From Fastidiosibacter lacustris (GTDB lineage: Bacteria > Pseudomonadota > Gammaproteobacteria > Francisellales > Francisellaceae), in the NCBI RefSeq assembly GCF_003428155.1, contig NZ_QLIR01000008.1, forward strand, positions 54,568 through 86,567: a DNA stretch of 32,000 bases, in the 5' to 3' direction. Positions 1 to 11,055 of the stretch are shown piece after piece (the first letter of the stretch is position 1; each line of letters starts with the position of its first letter). The position numbers and the translations under genes were made by a program. The notes beneath the pieces are model-generated. The model was not told the DNA's origin. It ran no database searches and was given only the letters and a program-made list of their open reading frames with translations.

Positions 1-834
1 GCGTTTAATGCTCAAAAAGCAGGGCATACAGGAAGCCTTGATCCATTGGCAACAGGCGTACTCCCAATTTGCTTTGGGCAAGCCACACGCATTTCGCAAT
101 ATTTATTAGATGCAAATAAAAGCTATGAAGCCACCATCCAATTAGGTATTAGCACTGACAGTGGTGATATAGAAGGTCAAGTAATTCGTACAAGTGATAT
201 TCCAGTGCTGGATGAAGAGACAATCAACACCACACTTCAGCGCTTTATTGGTCAAATTAAACAAGTACCACCTATGTATTCAGCCCTTAAACATCAAGGT
301 GTGCCATTATATGAGTTTGCGCGTAAAGGTATTGAAATAGAGCGAAAACCAAGAGTAATAACTATTTTCGCACTTAAACTTATTGACTACGACGCATATA
401 AGCATACGATAAATATTGATGTTCACTGCTCTAAAGGCACCTATATTCGCACACTTGGCATGGATATCGCTCAAGCACTTGGCACTGATGGTCATTTAAC
501 TAAGCTTACACGTACACAATGTGGTCTGCTTAGCAGTCAAATCATGCTTGAAATTGATAATTTAGAGCAACTAACTATTACCCAACGCCATAGTAGGGTA
601 CTTAATACAGAATGTGTATTTACAGATACCCCAATTTTTACTATACCTTGCGACGCACATAGTTTATTTTACTCAAAAGGAAAACTACAATTAGAAAGGA
701 ACTTTAGTGGAATTGCAAGAATTTATGATCAAGGGCACTTTGTTGCAATCGGCTATTTTGAACAAGGTAACTTGATTAAAAAACAACTCTTTTTACAAGG
801 CATCATCAATAATGGGCACGAAATACACAATTAA
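1..834 (+). CDS. truB: tRNA pseudouridine(55) synthase TruB, 5'-truncated by the window edge
   Basis: Frame 1 is open from base 1 and reads AFNAQKAGHTGSLDPLATGVLPICFGQATR, containing the TruB catalytic motif GHTGSLDPLATG; also SALKHQGVPLYEFARKG and GTYIRTLGMDIA. Confidence 0.97.
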   Translation, partial: AFNAQKAGHTGSLDPLATGVLPICFGQATRISQYLLDANKSYEATIQLGISTDSGDIEGQVIRTSDIPVLDEETINTTLQRFIGQIKQVPPMYSALKHQGVPLYEFARKGIEIERKPRVITIFALKLIDYDAYKHTINIDVHCSKGTYIRTLGMDIAQALGTDGHLTKLTRTQCGLLSSQIMLEIDNLEQLTITQRHSRVLNTECVFTDTPIFTIPCDAHSLFYSKGKLQLERNFSGIARIYDQGHFVAIGYFEQGNLIKKQLFLQGIINNGHEIHN

Positions 835-3241
835 AAATGATCCCAACAGGGAAAATGAAGCACAGAAATATGATGATCCAATTCCAAGTCGTGATGTGAT
901 TTTGGCTTATCTTAAAGATTTAAATCAACCTACAGTTTTTGAAAACATTGCCGAAGCGTTGTCACTTAAACGCAATCGACAACTTGATGCGCTTGCTAAT
1001 CGCTTAGGGGCAATGACTCGAGATGAACAACTTGAACAAGATGGACAATATTTTAGATTGTTTAAACAAAAGCAACATATTGTTACGGGTATAGTACGCG
1101 TTGAAAATGATGGTAATGCCATTGTTACCACAGAAGATAAAATGTACAGTGCTTTCTTACCACAACACCAAGCAAAACTGGTGTTCAATGGTGATAAGGT
1201 CTGTGCTGTTATCCTTGGTTTAAATCGCAAACACAAATTAGAAGCCAGAATTGACAGTATTATTCAACGCAATACAACGGAAATCATTGGTCGTTACAGC
1301 CAGCAGCTAGACAGCCATTTAATCCAGCCCGTTAGCAAAACTATGTCACGCCATATTTTATTACTACCTCCCAAAAAAGCGCTAGAACCTGATGCCCTGA
1401 TTAAGGCTAAAGTGATTATTTACCCTTCACCCATATCTCCAGCAGTAGCTGAATTTACTGAATTGCTTGAAGAACAATCCCCTATTCTCACTGCTATTTC
1501 GATTGCAAGTAGAAAGCACAATCTAATTGAAGCATGGTCTAAAAAAACCGAAAAATTTGTTACTACGCTACCACAACAGGTGCTGCCTGATGAAATCATT
1601 GAGCGTGTTGATTTACGCCACTTGCCGTTTGTCACAATAGACGGTGAAGATGCAAAAGACTTTGATGACGCGGTTTATGCACATAAAAGCTCAACTGATG
1701 GTTGGAAATTATACGTTGCGATTGCAGATGTCTCTTACTATGTTCGAGCTGATTCTACCTTAGATAAAGATGCTCAAAGTCGGTCAACTTCTGTATATTT
1801 TCCTGGCTATGTTATTCCGATGTTGCCAGAAAAGATTTCTAACGAACTTTGTTCTTTAAAGCCTAACGTTGATCGTTTAGCATTGATCTGTGAAATGAAC
1901 ATCAGTCAAAGTGCTCGCCTGTCACGTTATAAATTTTATTCTGGAGTGATTAACTCTAAGGCACGCCTAACTTATACTGAAGTTAGCAAACTTTTAAATC
2001 ATAAAGAGTCACATATTTACTACCAACAACCTGAACTTGTCCCAAACCTTTTTGACTTATATGACTTATATCAAATACTTGCCAAGGCACGAAAAATAAG
2101 AGGTGCGATTGATTTTGATAAGGTTGAAACTCAAATTATTCTTAATGAACATAACCATATCGAGGCTATTGTTCCACGTCAACGCAATCAAGCTCATAAA
2201 GTAATTGAAGAATGTATGTTGATGGCTAACGTCGCAACAGCCAAATTTATTGAAAAACACAAAGCACATGCACCATTTCGTGTACATGGCGCACCTCCGA
2301 GTGGCAAAATTGAGGATCTGAGAGCCTATTTACACTCCTTAGGGATTAGTTTTAAACCTAACAAGAAAGGAGTTACTTCTGCTGACTATAGCCACATGCT
2401 CGAACAAGCTAAAGATCGAGAAGACTTTGCCAATATCCAATTGATGACCTTAAAAAGCATGAATCAGGCAATTTACACACCTGACAATCAAGGGCATTTT
2501 GGTTTAGCCTACCCTGCTTATACTCATTTCACATCACCTATTCGTCGCTATCCTGACTTATTGACTCATCGCACTATTAAATCGATTATTAGTGAGAAAA
2601 AATTTGGTGCTAAAAGTTATACCCATACTCAATTAAATGAGCTTTGCTCTCATGCTTCAAACCAAGAACGCAATGCAGATTCTGCATCCACGGATGTTGA
2701 AAAATGGCTAAAATGTCACTTTCTTCACAACCGTATTGGTGAACTGTTTGCTGGCAAAATTGTTCATGTCACTGGATTCGGAATGTATGTTGAATTGATA
2801 GACAACTACATCGAAGGGCTTGTGCATATCTCTACTATGCATAGTGATTATTATATCTTTGACGAAGCACAACATCGTCTTATTGGTCAACGTACTAAAG
2901 TTAGCTATAGCATAGGACAAAAAGTACAAGTGCAACTCGTTCGTGTTAACTTAGATGAAATGCAAATTGATTTTGAACTCACATTAAATGGCAAAGGTCG
3001 AAGCAACATTCATGAACAAAATCACAATCCACACCTAAAACGTAAGGCACGCATCAAATCGAGTGAAATTAAAGCCGCAGCTAAGTGCGCACGTAAAAAA
3101 CTAGCAACCAATAGAAAGGTTGAACCTATAAAATTAATTGATTTAAAATCATCCAATTCTCAAAAAACTAAAAAGAAAAAGACTAACATTGGCAAGAACA
3201 TCCGTAAAAAGCCCAATTCAAAACCAACAATAATTGATTAA
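812..3241 (+). CDS. rnr: Ribonuclease R (RNB/S1 domain exoribonuclease)
   Basis: 809 aa; RNB motif DLRHLPFVTIDGEDAKDFDDAVYA, FTSPIRRYPDLLTHR, C-terminal S1 domain (GKIVHVTGFGMYVELIDNYIEGLVHIS) and a Lys-rich tail. Start overlaps truB by 23 bp, with an AAGG upstream. Confidence 0.96.
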   Translation: MGTKYTIKNDPNRENEAQKYDDPIPSRDVILAYLKDLNQPTVFENIAEALSLKRNRQLDALANRLGAMTRDEQLEQDGQYFRLFKQKQHIVTGIVRVENDGNAIVTTEDKMYSAFLPQHQAKLVFNGDKVCAVILGLNRKHKLEARIDSIIQRNTTEIIGRYSQQLDSHLIQPVSKTMSRHILLLPPKKALEPDALIKAKVIIYPSPISPAVAEFTELLEEQSPILTAISIASRKHNLIEAWSKKTEKFVTTLPQQVLPDEIIERVDLRHLPFVTIDGEDAKDFDDAVYAHKSSTDGWKLYVAIADVSYYVRADSTLDKDAQSRSTSVYFPGYVIPMLPEKISNELCSLKPNVDRLALICEMNISQSARLSRYKFYSGVINSKARLTYTEVSKLLNHKESHIYYQQPELVPNLFDLYDLYQILAKARKIRGAIDFDKVETQIILNEHNHIEAIVPRQRNQAHKVIEECMLMANVATAKFIEKHKAHAPFRVHGAPPSGKIEDLRAYLHSLGISFKPNKKGVTSADYSHMLEQAKDREDFANIQLMTLKSMNQAIYTPDNQGHFGLAYPAYTHFTSPIRRYPDLLTHRTIKSIISEKKFGAKSYTHTQLNELCSHASNQERNADSASTDVEKWLKCHFLHNRIGELFAGKIVHVTGFGMYVELIDNYIEGLVHISTMHSDYYIFDEAQHRLIGQRTKVSYSIGQKVQVQLVRVNLDEMQIDFELTLNGKGRSNIHEQNHNPHLKRKARIKSSEIKAAAKCARKKLATNRKVEPIKLIDLKSSNSQKTKKKKTNIGKNIRKKPNSKPTIID

Positions 3242-3317
3242 TTAAGGTTTTTTGTATATTTACACGCGCTTTAAAATAACACACAATGAGAGTCTATTAA
3301 TCATAGAGAATAAAAAT

Positions 3318-3974
3318 ATGACGATGAAACTCTATCTTTATCAACACTGTCCCTTTTGTATTCGCCCACGTATTGTAGCAGGCTTTAAAAAAATTCCACT
3401 TGAGCTTATTTTTCTTGCTAATGATGATGAGAAAGCACATCTGGATTTAATTGGGAAAAAACAAGTTCCCTTTTTGCAAAAAGAAAATGGTAATTTTTTA
3501 ATCGAAAGTCTGGATATTTGCCAATATCTGAATAACTTTGATAGAAAGCCAATATTGAGCCAAGAAATAGTCACTACAGACACACTTATCAAACTTATCA
3601 GCGATATAAACAATGCCAGTAAGTCAGTTGTTTATCCACGCTTTATTAACCATCCACAAAATCACCAAGATTTTCCAACGCAAAGTGCCAAAGACTATTT
3701 TGAACATAAAAAAGAAAAATATATTGGTTGTTTCAAAGCAAATTTGCGCTTTCCACAAGCGTCTATCGATAAAACAACTCCATTGCTAGATGTACTCAAC
3801 ACATTCCTTACTCATCCATTTGCCAGCGGTGATCAACTGTCTTGGGATGATATTATGCTCTTTCCAGTCTTACGCAACTTAACCATTATTCAGGATTTAA
3901 TTACCATACCTAGTAAAGTCAAGCATTACATCAAGAACATTTGCCAATTAACGGGTATTCAACCCTATCAATGA
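3318..3974 (+). CDS. grxB: Glutaredoxin 2 (GrxB-type)
   Basis: MKLYLYQHCPFCIRPRIVAGFKKIPLELIFLANDDE has the CPFC active site, followed by KKQVPFLQKENG..ESLDICQYL. The in-frame ATG at 3318 is preferred to the upstream TTG at 3252. Confidence 0.9.
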   Translation: MTMKLYLYQHCPFCIRPRIVAGFKKIPLELIFLANDDEKAHLDLIGKKQVPFLQKENGNFLIESLDICQYLNNFDRKPILSQEIVTTDTLIKLISDINNASKSVVYPRFINHPQNHQDFPTQSAKDYFEHKKEKYIGCFKANLRFPQASIDKTTPLLDVLNTFLTHPFASGDQLSWDDIMLFPVLRNLTIIQDLITIPSKVKHYIKNICQLTGIQPYQ

Positions 3975-3977
3975 AAG

Positions 3978-4442
3978 CTATCCAATATCCTGTCGTAAGT
4001 TGTTGCAAGTCTGCACTGCAAGGTCCAATCCATAACCTTGACGCAATAAATATTGAATACGCTTTTGTTTATCTTTTAAATCAGTGATGGGTTGATCATG
4101 ATATTTTTCCCGATAACATAGTCTAGCTTCTTTAACCCAATCGATTTCAAGTAAAGATAATACCTTGCCTAACGTCGCAGGATCCACACCTTTTTCATAT
4201 ATAAGTTTTTGTTGAATCCGTAGCAATCCATAATGCTTATTAAGACAGCTTGATACAACCATATGAGCATAGCGCAAATCAGACTGCCAACCGTTTTGAA
4301 TAAACTCATCTAGTAAAGACTCTATTTGCTCTAATGATAAATTTCCTCGAAGCTTAAGCTTTTGCTTAAGTTGTGCATACGAATAATCTTGCTTTGCTAA
4401 AAGATAAAGAAGATAAACTCGCTCAGAGTTGGTCTTTTGCAT
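3978..4442 (-). CDS. recX: RecX-family regulatory protein
   Basis: 154 aa directly downstream of recA on the same strand, overlapping it by 20 bp; RecX-like three-helix repeats ([12 protein letters not shown]..; [20 protein letters not shown]; [18 protein letters not shown]). Confidence 0.85.
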   Translation of the reverse strand: MQKTNSERVYLLYLLAKQDYSYAQLKQKLKLRGNLSLEQIESLLDEFIQNGWQSDLRYAHMVVSSCLNKHYGLLRIQQKLIYEKGVDPATLGKVLSLLEIDWVKEARLCYREKYHDQPITDLKDKQKRIQYLLRQGYGLDLAVQTCNNLRQDIG

Positions 4443-5457
4443 CGTTAACGACAGATTGGTTTTTAGTTACGTTTGGCAATAGTTGTTCCAAGATGGTTTT
4501 ATGTAAGCTCTCTTTTATTGTCAGATTTTCTTTTAAATATGCCCGCACATTATCCTTGCCTTGACCAATACGCTCTCCATTATAGCTATACCAAGCACCT
4601 GCTTTATCTATAATATTATACTTAACACCTAAATCAATAAGCTCGCCTTCAAGCGAAGTTCCTTCACCATACAAAATATCAAAATCCGCTTGCTTAAATG
4701 GTGGAGAAACCTTATTTTTAACGACTTTCACCTTAGTCTCATTACCTAAAATTTCCTCCCCTTTTTTAATGGGACTACCACGTTTTATTTCTAAACGAAC
4801 AGAAGCATAAAACTTAAGTGCATTACCCCCTGTCGTTGTTTCAGGATTACCAAACATTACACCAATTTTCATTCGAATTTGGTTAATAAACACTACCAGT
4901 GTATTAGAACGCTTGATATTGGCCGTAAGCTTACGTAAGGCTTGTGACATTAAACGTGCCTGTAATCCCATGTGTGAATCACCCATTTCGCCCTCGATTT
5001 CTGCTTTTGGTGTCAACGCAGCAACAGAATCAATTACCACGATATCAACTGCACCTGAACGCACCAACATATCAACAATCTCTAACGCCTGCTCTCCTGT
5101 ATCTGGTTGCGAAACTATGAGATTTTTAAGATCAACTCCTAATGCTTCGGCATAAACAGGATCAAGTGCATGTTCCGCATCGACAAACGCGGCCGTACCA
5201 CCATTTTTTTGACATTGTGCAATCGCTTGTAAAGTTAAAGTTGTTTTACCTGAAGACTCCGAACCATATATTTCAACAACGCGCCCTTTTGGTAAACCGC
5301 CAACACCAAGAGCAACGTCTAATCCAATCGAACCAGTTGAAATCACTTCAATGTCTTTGACTAAATCTGTGTCCCCCATGCGCATAATGGAGCCTTTCCC
5401 AAATTGCCTTTCAATCTGTGTCAATGCGGAATTTAATGCCTGTTCTTTATTGCTCAT
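4423..5457 (-). CDS. recA: Recombinase RecA
   Basis: [35 protein letters not shown] (Walker A), [74 protein letters not shown]. Confidence 0.99.
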   Translation of the reverse strand: MSNKEQALNSALTQIERQFGKGSIMRMGDTDLVKDIEVISTGSIGLDVALGVGGLPKGRVVEIYGSESSGKTTLTLQAIAQCQKNGGTAAFVDAEHALDPVYAEALGVDLKNLIVSQPDTGEQALEIVDMLVRSGAVDIVVIDSVAALTPKAEIEGEMGDSHMGLQARLMSQALRKLTANIKRSNTLVVFINQIRMKIGVMFGNPETTTGGNALKFYASVRLEIKRGSPIKKGEEILGNETKVKVVKNKVSPPFKQADFDILYGEGTSLEGELIDLGVKYNIIDKAGAWYSYNGERIGQGKDNVRAYLKENLTIKESLHKTILEQLLPNVTKNQSVVNDAKDQL

Positions 5458-5566
5458 GACTACCCTTAATGTAATGAAACTGACGAGATAAAAATATCGA
5501 CTTAATGTACCATATTATGCGTGGCGAACAAAAGAGATATAGAAGAAATCAGTGTGATTTTATATG

Positions 5567-6553
5567 TCATAGCTTTACAGTATTAAAATCGATTAAAATA
5601 TCGTTGATTAAATCAAAAATGTCAGCGCATCGATTAGGGTGATTATTGAAGTCTGATCTCTTAAGACAATCAAGCAGAGATAATAAATTCAATAGGTTTA
5701 AAGTTCTACGCCAATTCCCAAGTAATTTAATCCCACCATCCCTCAATCCATTTAGAAAAGTAGTTTGAAACTCTGATGGCATTTTATGAGCGTATCTAAG
5801 CATGTTAGCAACATCCCATAGAACTGATCCTGAAAAAGCGAATTCCCAATCTAAAATACCAACCACTTTCCAAACACCATTAATTTTGTCTACCAAAATA
5901 TTTGCTGGATCGAAATCGCCATGAACAAGATTTTTTTCGCTTTCCCTAGGGAACATATAGCTGTATTGACTAAAAATTTCGTTAATTACTGAAATCATTG
6001 CTGGCGTAAGCACAGATAAAATGGTTTCATGCTTTAAGCAATCTTGAGCAAAACTCAAATAATCATTAGATGATTCATGAGGAATAACTCTTAATTTTTT
6101 ATCCAAGAATCCTGCTTGTGGAAATTCATAAGATGCAATTTTTGAAAGAATTATGCCTACCTTATAGATGATTAGGCTGATCTCATGTGAAGCATCCCTC
6201 CTTAACAAAAGATCTCGAAGAGAAATTCCTGGCATAAACTCAGTAATTGCAAAACTATACTTTTCAAGTATGCCTGTATAATACGTCAGTGGTACTGGTA
6301 TATTTTGTTTTAATAATGTTGCTAATTTTTGCTCACGGTAAACCGCGTCCCTATCGCGCAAATAAAGACGCAAAATTAAAGGTTGTTTTTTATCTTCAAG
6401 TAGAAACTTGATGTTAAGGTTAGCACAACCACCAGCGGTGAACTGAAAAGAATTGAGCTTTTGGTCGGGATAGGCAAGCCGTACCATTTTTTCTATAACA
6501 CCTTCTGATAATTCATGTGTAATGCTTGTTTTTTCCCAATTAGCTTTAAACAT
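5567..6553 (-). CDS. Aminoglycoside phosphotransferase (APH)-fold kinase, substrate unknown
   Basis: 328 aa; catalytic loop NLVHGDFDPANILV (HGDxxxxN) and VVGILDWEFAFSGSVLWDVANMLRYA (DxE/DFG-equivalent); N-lobe LILRLYLRD. Confidence 0.85.
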   Translation of the reverse strand: MFKANWEKTSITHELSEGVIEKMVRLAYPDQKLNSFQFTAGGCANLNIKFLLEDKKQPLILRLYLRDRDAVYREQKLATLLKQNIPVPLTYYTGILEKYSFAITEFMPGISLRDLLLRRDASHEISLIIYKVGIILSKIASYEFPQAGFLDKKLRVIPHESSNDYLSFAQDCLKHETILSVLTPAMISVINEIFSQYSYMFPRESEKNLVHGDFDPANILVDKINGVWKVVGILDWEFAFSGSVLWDVANMLRYAHKMPSEFQTTFLNGLRDGGIKLLGNWRRTLNLLNLLSLLDCLKRSDFNNHPNRCADIFDLINDILIDFNTVKL

Positions 6554-6592
6554 ATTACAGACTCCGTTTTAAACACTAACCTACCCCGCGCA

Positions 6593-6625
6593 TTTGAGAC
6601 ACTTTTGAATTTTCAACTCCATCAT
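6593..6625. repeat. 33-bp direct-repeat copy A (possible insertion-element end remnant)
   Basis: TTTGAGACACTTTTGAATTTTCAACTCCATCAT; 31/33 identical to 27208-27240 in the same orientation. Confidence 0.85.
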
Positions 6626-6873
6626 ATTTTCCAACTGTTTTGAAGTCATGTAATTTATTGGTCAGGATAAACGGGTAATATTGTCTTTTAGAAATTATCA
6701 AATAAATCACTCATAATTTAACAAATACAAAAATCTTATCACTTGTTACCTTTTCTCTACAAATCAATAGATATTTGTCTCATTTACTGCCAAAATAAAT
6801 TAAAATGATTGAGGTTGCAACTAATCTATAGCCATTTACATTCAGCTAGCTATTAGCTTCATACAAACTAAAG

Positions 6874-7263
6874 TTAAACGCGACAAAAAGAAATATTGTA
6901 GCTTGTTGCCTGTGGTGTTGGAGCACTAAATGTTATGGTTTTTTGCAAGTCTCCATACAGTTCAACTGGCGTCCATGGTTGTAACTGCCCCACATTAAAT
7001 CCATTTTTATCTAGCCATTGCACCTGGTATTGAAATTGCTGGTTGGACGATTTTTTATTCTCTACGATCACTTGCCCTTGCAGCGTATCACCAGCAGAAG
7101 TTCTTGTACTTAACTGAATAGCCTTTAACTGACCAAAACCTGAGCCAAAGCTCTGTGATGTATTGGCATTTGCAGGCATGGTAATACAGCGACTTGCACA
7201 TCCTGTTAATACCATTACCATCACTCCCACAAAACCCACATTCTTCAAACTTCTGACATTCAT
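6874..7263 (-). CDS. YcfL/DUF1425-like lipoprotein
   Basis: Start taken at the ATG at 7263 (MNVRSLKNVGFVGVMVMVLTGCA, a signal peptide with lipobox LTGC); C-terminal QWLDKNGFNVGQLQPWTPVELYGDLQKTITFSAPTPQATSYNISFC matches the YcfL style. Confidence 0.75.
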   Translation of the reverse strand: MNVRSLKNVGFVGVMVMVLTGCASRCITMPANANTSQSFGSGFGQLKAIQLSTRTSAGDTLQGQVIVENKKSSNQQFQYQVQWLDKNGFNVGQLQPWTPVELYGDLQKTITFSAPTPQATSYNISFCRV

Positions 7264-7293
7264 GCTAGTCTCCTGTTTTATTGACATCTTTTA

Positions 7294-9198
7294 CTACTCA
7301 GACAAGAAACTCTTTAGCGTTTCTGAACGTGATGGATGTCTAAGTTTACGTAACGCCTTAGCTTCAATCTGACGAATACGCTCGCGTGTCACGTCAAACT
7401 GCTTACCTACTTCCTCTAAAGTGTGATCGGTATTCATATCAATTCCAAAGCGCATACGAAGCACCTTTGCCTCTCGTTCTGTCAATGTGCTTAAAATTTC
7501 TTTGGTAACTTCACGCAAACTTTCACCTGTTGCACTATCAACGGGAGAATCAGAGATCGAATCCTCAATAAAATCACCTAAATTTGAATCTTCATCGTCA
7601 CCAATCGGTGTTTCCATTGAAATTGGTTCTTTAGCAATTTTCATGATCCTACGAATTTTATCTTCCGACATATCGATGTGCTGGCTTAACTCCTCTGGTG
7701 TTGCTTCTTTACCCGTCTCTTGCAAAATTTGACGTGAGATGCGATTAAGTTTATTAATTGTCTCTATCATATGCACTGGAATTCGAATTGTACGCGCCTG
7801 ATCTGCAATTGAACGTGTAATGGCTTGACGAATCCACCAAGTTGCATAAGTTGAAAACTTATAACCACGCCGATACTCAAATTTATCTACTGCCTTCATC
7901 AAACCAATGTTACCTTCTTGAATCAAGTCCAAGAACTGTAACCCGCGATTAGTATATTTTTTAGCAATTGAAATCACCAAACGTAAATTTGCTTCAATCA
8001 TTTCTTTCTTAGCACGTCTGGCTTTAGCTTCACCAACTGAAATACGTTTACTGGCTTCTCTTAATTCATAGATCGACATATCAGCACGATCTTCAATTAA
8101 ACCAAGCTTAATTTGAATTGACTTTGCTTCTTCCAATACGTTGACCAAATCAGGGTATTTTGCAACAGCTTTATCTAACCAATCGATATCCGTTTCATGT
8201 CCTTGAAATTGATTAACAAAATATTGCTTTGGCATTTTTCCTCTTTCAACACATAAACGCATAAGCTTACGATCATACGCACGAACTTCAGTCACCAAAG
8301 CACGGATCGCATTGATCAATCGGTTTAATTGCGCACTAGTATAACGTAAACTTAAAAATAAGCTTGAAACTTGATTGAGTGCATCTTTGTAAACCTGACT
8401 GCCTGCATCCTGATCTAGCAGATAGTTAAACTTAGCTTCTAACTCAGCAAATTTTTGTGCAGCAAGATCAGGATCTGGACCTGTATCTTCCGAAGTATCT
8501 GCAACTGATGCGCTCCCTGAATCATCCTCATCTTCAGCAACTTCCTCAGTTGCCGCATCTTCCAAAGTCTCTTCAGGATTATCAAGCATAGAGCCAACAT
8601 CTGTCCCTGTTGCATCAATCTCTTCACCCTCGTTAAACCCTGAAATTAAATCAGAAAATTTGACAAATTTATAAAGTAGAGTTTCTTTTTTTTCTTCATC
8701 TTCAAGTGCATTGTATTCTTCGCGCGCTACATCCATTAAGTCTTGATAACGCCCCAATAAGGACTTGATCACAAAAGGATACTCAGAAAGTGCATTAAGC
8801 ACTTCTTTTGTGCCTTGCTCGATGCGTTTTGCAATTTCAATTTCCCCTGAGCGAGTTAAAAGATCGACCGAACCCATCTCACGCATATACATCCTAACTG
8901 GATCGGTGGTACGTCCAAAATCACCATCAGAAGACAGTGCTTGTACGGCATCCTCATCAGATGTGCTTTCAGCTTCCGCTTCAAGCAATAATAAATCCTC
9001 TGCATTCGGTGTTGATTCAAATACCTTAACACCGACATCATTAATCATCTGAATGACTTCTTCAATGCGCTCAGGATCAGTAATTTCATCCGGCAAATAG
9101 TCGTTCACATCAGCATAAGTCAAATAACCTTGCTCACGACCAAGCGCCAATAATTCTTTTATTCGAGATAATTGCTGTTCTTTTGTTTGATCTGACAT
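7294..9198 (-). CDS. rpoD: RNA polymerase sigma factor RpoD (sigma-70)
   Basis: [36 protein letters not shown]; region 2 [49 protein letters not shown]; region 4 [48 protein letters not shown]. Confidence 0.99.
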   Translation of the reverse strand: MSDQTKEQQLSRIKELLALGREQGYLTYADVNDYLPDEITDPERIEEVIQMINDVGVKVFESTPNAEDLLLLEAEAESTSDEDAVQALSSDGDFGRTTDPVRMYMREMGSVDLLTRSGEIEIAKRIEQGTKEVLNALSEYPFVIKSLLGRYQDLMDVAREEYNALEDEEKKETLLYKFVKFSDLISGFNEGEEIDATGTDVGSMLDNPEETLEDAATEEVAEDEDDSGSASVADTSEDTGPDPDLAAQKFAELEAKFNYLLDQDAGSQVYKDALNQVSSLFLSLRYTSAQLNRLINAIRALVTEVRAYDRKLMRLCVERGKMPKQYFVNQFQGHETDIDWLDKAVAKYPDLVNVLEEAKSIQIKLGLIEDRADMSIYELREASKRISVGEAKARRAKKEMIEANLRLVISIAKKYTNRGLQFLDLIQEGNIGLMKAVDKFEYRRGYKFSTYATWWIRQAITRSIADQARTIRIPVHMIETINKLNRISRQILQETGKEATPEELSQHIDMSEDKIRRIMKIAKEPISMETPIGDDEDSNLGDFIEDSISDSPVDSATGESLREVTKEILSTLTEREAKVLRMRFGIDMNTDHTLEEVGKQFDVTRERIRQIEAKALRKLRHPSRSETLKSFLSE

Positions 9199-9264
9199 TA
9201 AAATCTCACCTATTTTATACACCATCTTAGTTAACCATGTCATGACAACACGATCTAAAGGTAG

Positions 9265-11046
9265 CTATGTTTTTCGTATTTTGTGCAAAATATTTTGCAT
9301 TCTTTGTTTTTCTGTCGCTGTTAAGATAGAAGTCTTTGCTTTTAATATCAGGTGTTCTAATTCATTTTGACATGCCTGCTTAATAATTTTATCTAACATC
9401 GCCACTAACTCATCAATCAACTGTGGTGCCTGAAGCTCAATCGGCAATTGCAGCAACTGATAAAAATAAGCTCGAAATTGCTCATATTTTTCAGATAACA
9501 TTTGTACCAGCAGCGCAGAAGACAGCCCGTTATTTTGCCTGATTATTTTCAAAGCATCAAGTAAAATAAAATGCTGCTCCGTAACACATTCAAACTCTAT
9601 TTCTTCTTTGCCTTGAAATGCTATATGCACTTCACTTGGCATATTGATGACGAAACTTAAAGCTTTTTCGATCAAGCTTAGCTTGTTAGTATTGAGCACC
9701 CAACGCTTCATACGCTCATTATTTAGCATTTTTTTATCACTGTTTTTTTGTGCAATCATCCGTTTAAGCTGAAGAACTGAAGTATCCACCGCCTTTGCTA
9801 ACTGTTGAATGATTATCTCAGTGTACGCACTTTCGGGTACATTTTTTAATATCTGCTTTAGCTCTTCGATCAACTCTGCCAAACTATCTGCACTCGACAA
9901 AGTGTATTTAGCAAGCAAGTATTGAATAAAAAAATCTGCTGCTGGAGTTGCTTCAAGCACTTCTTGTTTAAATAATTCTAGTCCAACGGCTTGAATATAT
10001 GAATCAGGATCATGCTCTTGAGGCAAAGTTAGAAAACGCGCTTTTTTGTTTTGACTTAAAAATGGTAACACCATCTCAAATGCACGTAGTGCTGCATTTT
10101 GCCCAGCAGCATCACCATCAAAACACAGTATAATTTGTTCTGTGGTACGAAACAAAAGCTTAACGTGGGTCTGAGAAAGTGCAGTTCCTAAGGTTGCTAC
10201 GGCAAATGGATAACCATGCTGATACAATCCTACCACGTCCATATAACCCTCAACTACTACAACTTGATCTGGATTTTTATATTGAAGTTTCAACTCATAT
10301 AGACCATAAAGCTCTTGGTTTTTAAAAAAGACTGGCGTTTCTGGTGAATTCAAGTATTTGGGCTTTGCATCTTTATTGGGTAACACGCGTCCACCAAAAC
10401 CAATTATTTGACCTTTGCGATTACGAATTGGAAAAATAACTCGATCACGAAAGCGATCATATGCCCCCCCTTTTTCCCTACTTACGATAAGCCCTGCTTG
10501 ATAAAGCACATCTAATGAATACTGTTTGACTAGGAGATCATAAAGACTTTGCCACTTATCTGGTGCATAGCCTATCTGAAAATGTTGCGCTGTTTTTGCA
10601 TTAATCCCGCGAGATTTAATATAATCAATAACTTCTGTTTTATTTCTATCGTAACGCAAACACCAACGATAATATTTACTTGCCGCTACCAAAGCTTCAT
10701 AAATTTTGTTGGTTACATCAGTTTTTTGTCCGTGTCTATTTGTTGCTTCATAAGGCACCTCCAAATTCTGTAAAGCTGCAAGCTCCTCAATCGCTTCTAC
10801 AAAACTCAAACCATTATAGTTAGATAAAAAATCGATCACATCACCTGAGGCATGACAACCAAAGCAATGGTAAATTTGCTTATCAGGACTGACCGAAAAA
10901 GAGGGAGTTTTTTCATGATGAAATGGACAACAGCCCATGTAGCTTTTGCCTGTTTTCTTTAGCGTTGTATATTTTGCAATGAGTTCAACAATATTATTTG
11001 CCGCTACTACTTGGTGTACAAAATCAGCGGGAATGTTCCCTTTCAT
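9265..11046 (-). CDS. dnaG: DNA primase DnaG
   Basis: Zinc-binding CCPFHHEKTPSFSVSPDKQIYHCFGCHASGD; Toprim VVVEGYMDVVGLYQHGYPFAVATLGTALS; FDGDAAGQNAALRAFE. Start placed at the in-frame ATG at 11046. Confidence 0.98.
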   Translation of the reverse strand: MKGNIPADFVHQVVAANNIVELIAKYTTLKKTGKSYMGCCPFHHEKTPSFSVSPDKQIYHCFGCHASGDVIDFLSNYNGLSFVEAIEELAALQNLEVPYEATNRHGQKTDVTNKIYEALVAASKYYRWCLRYDRNKTEVIDYIKSRGINAKTAQHFQIGYAPDKWQSLYDLLVKQYSLDVLYQAGLIVSREKGGAYDRFRDRVIFPIRNRKGQIIGFGGRVLPNKDAKPKYLNSPETPVFFKNQELYGLYELKLQYKNPDQVVVVEGYMDVVGLYQHGYPFAVATLGTALSQTHVKLLFRTTEQIILCFDGDAAGQNAALRAFEMVLPFLSQNKKARFLTLPQEHDPDSYIQAVGLELFKQEVLEATPAADFFIQYLLAKYTLSSADSLAELIEELKQILKNVPESAYTEIIIQQLAKAVDTSVLQLKRMIAQKNSDKKMLNNERMKRWVLNTNKLSLIEKALSFVINMPSEVHIAFQGKEEIEFECVTEQHFILLDALKIIRQNNGLSSALLVQMLSEKYEQFRAYFYQLLQLPIELQAPQLIDELVAMLDKIIKQACQNELEHLILKAKTSILTATEKQRMQNILHKIRKT

Positions 11047-11055
11047 TAGCACTCA

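Noticed and set aside
925-1236. Minus-strand ORFs inside rnr (925-1236, 1420-1635, 2066-2287, 2708-2935)
   Set aside because: Antisense to a confidently assigned RNase R gene; Ser/Cys/Phe-rich shadow translations.
3252-3317. TTG-initiated 22-aa N-terminal extension of grxB
   Set aside because: Glutaredoxin 2 homology begins at MKLYLY; the extension has no conserved features, so the ATG at 3318 (or the one two codons later) is preferred.
8765-9052. 95-aa plus-strand ORF inside rpoD (and 7487-7732, 8439-8627, 8856-9041)
   Set aside because: All are contained within well-supported rpoD coding sequence on the other strand or frame; no independent coding evidence.
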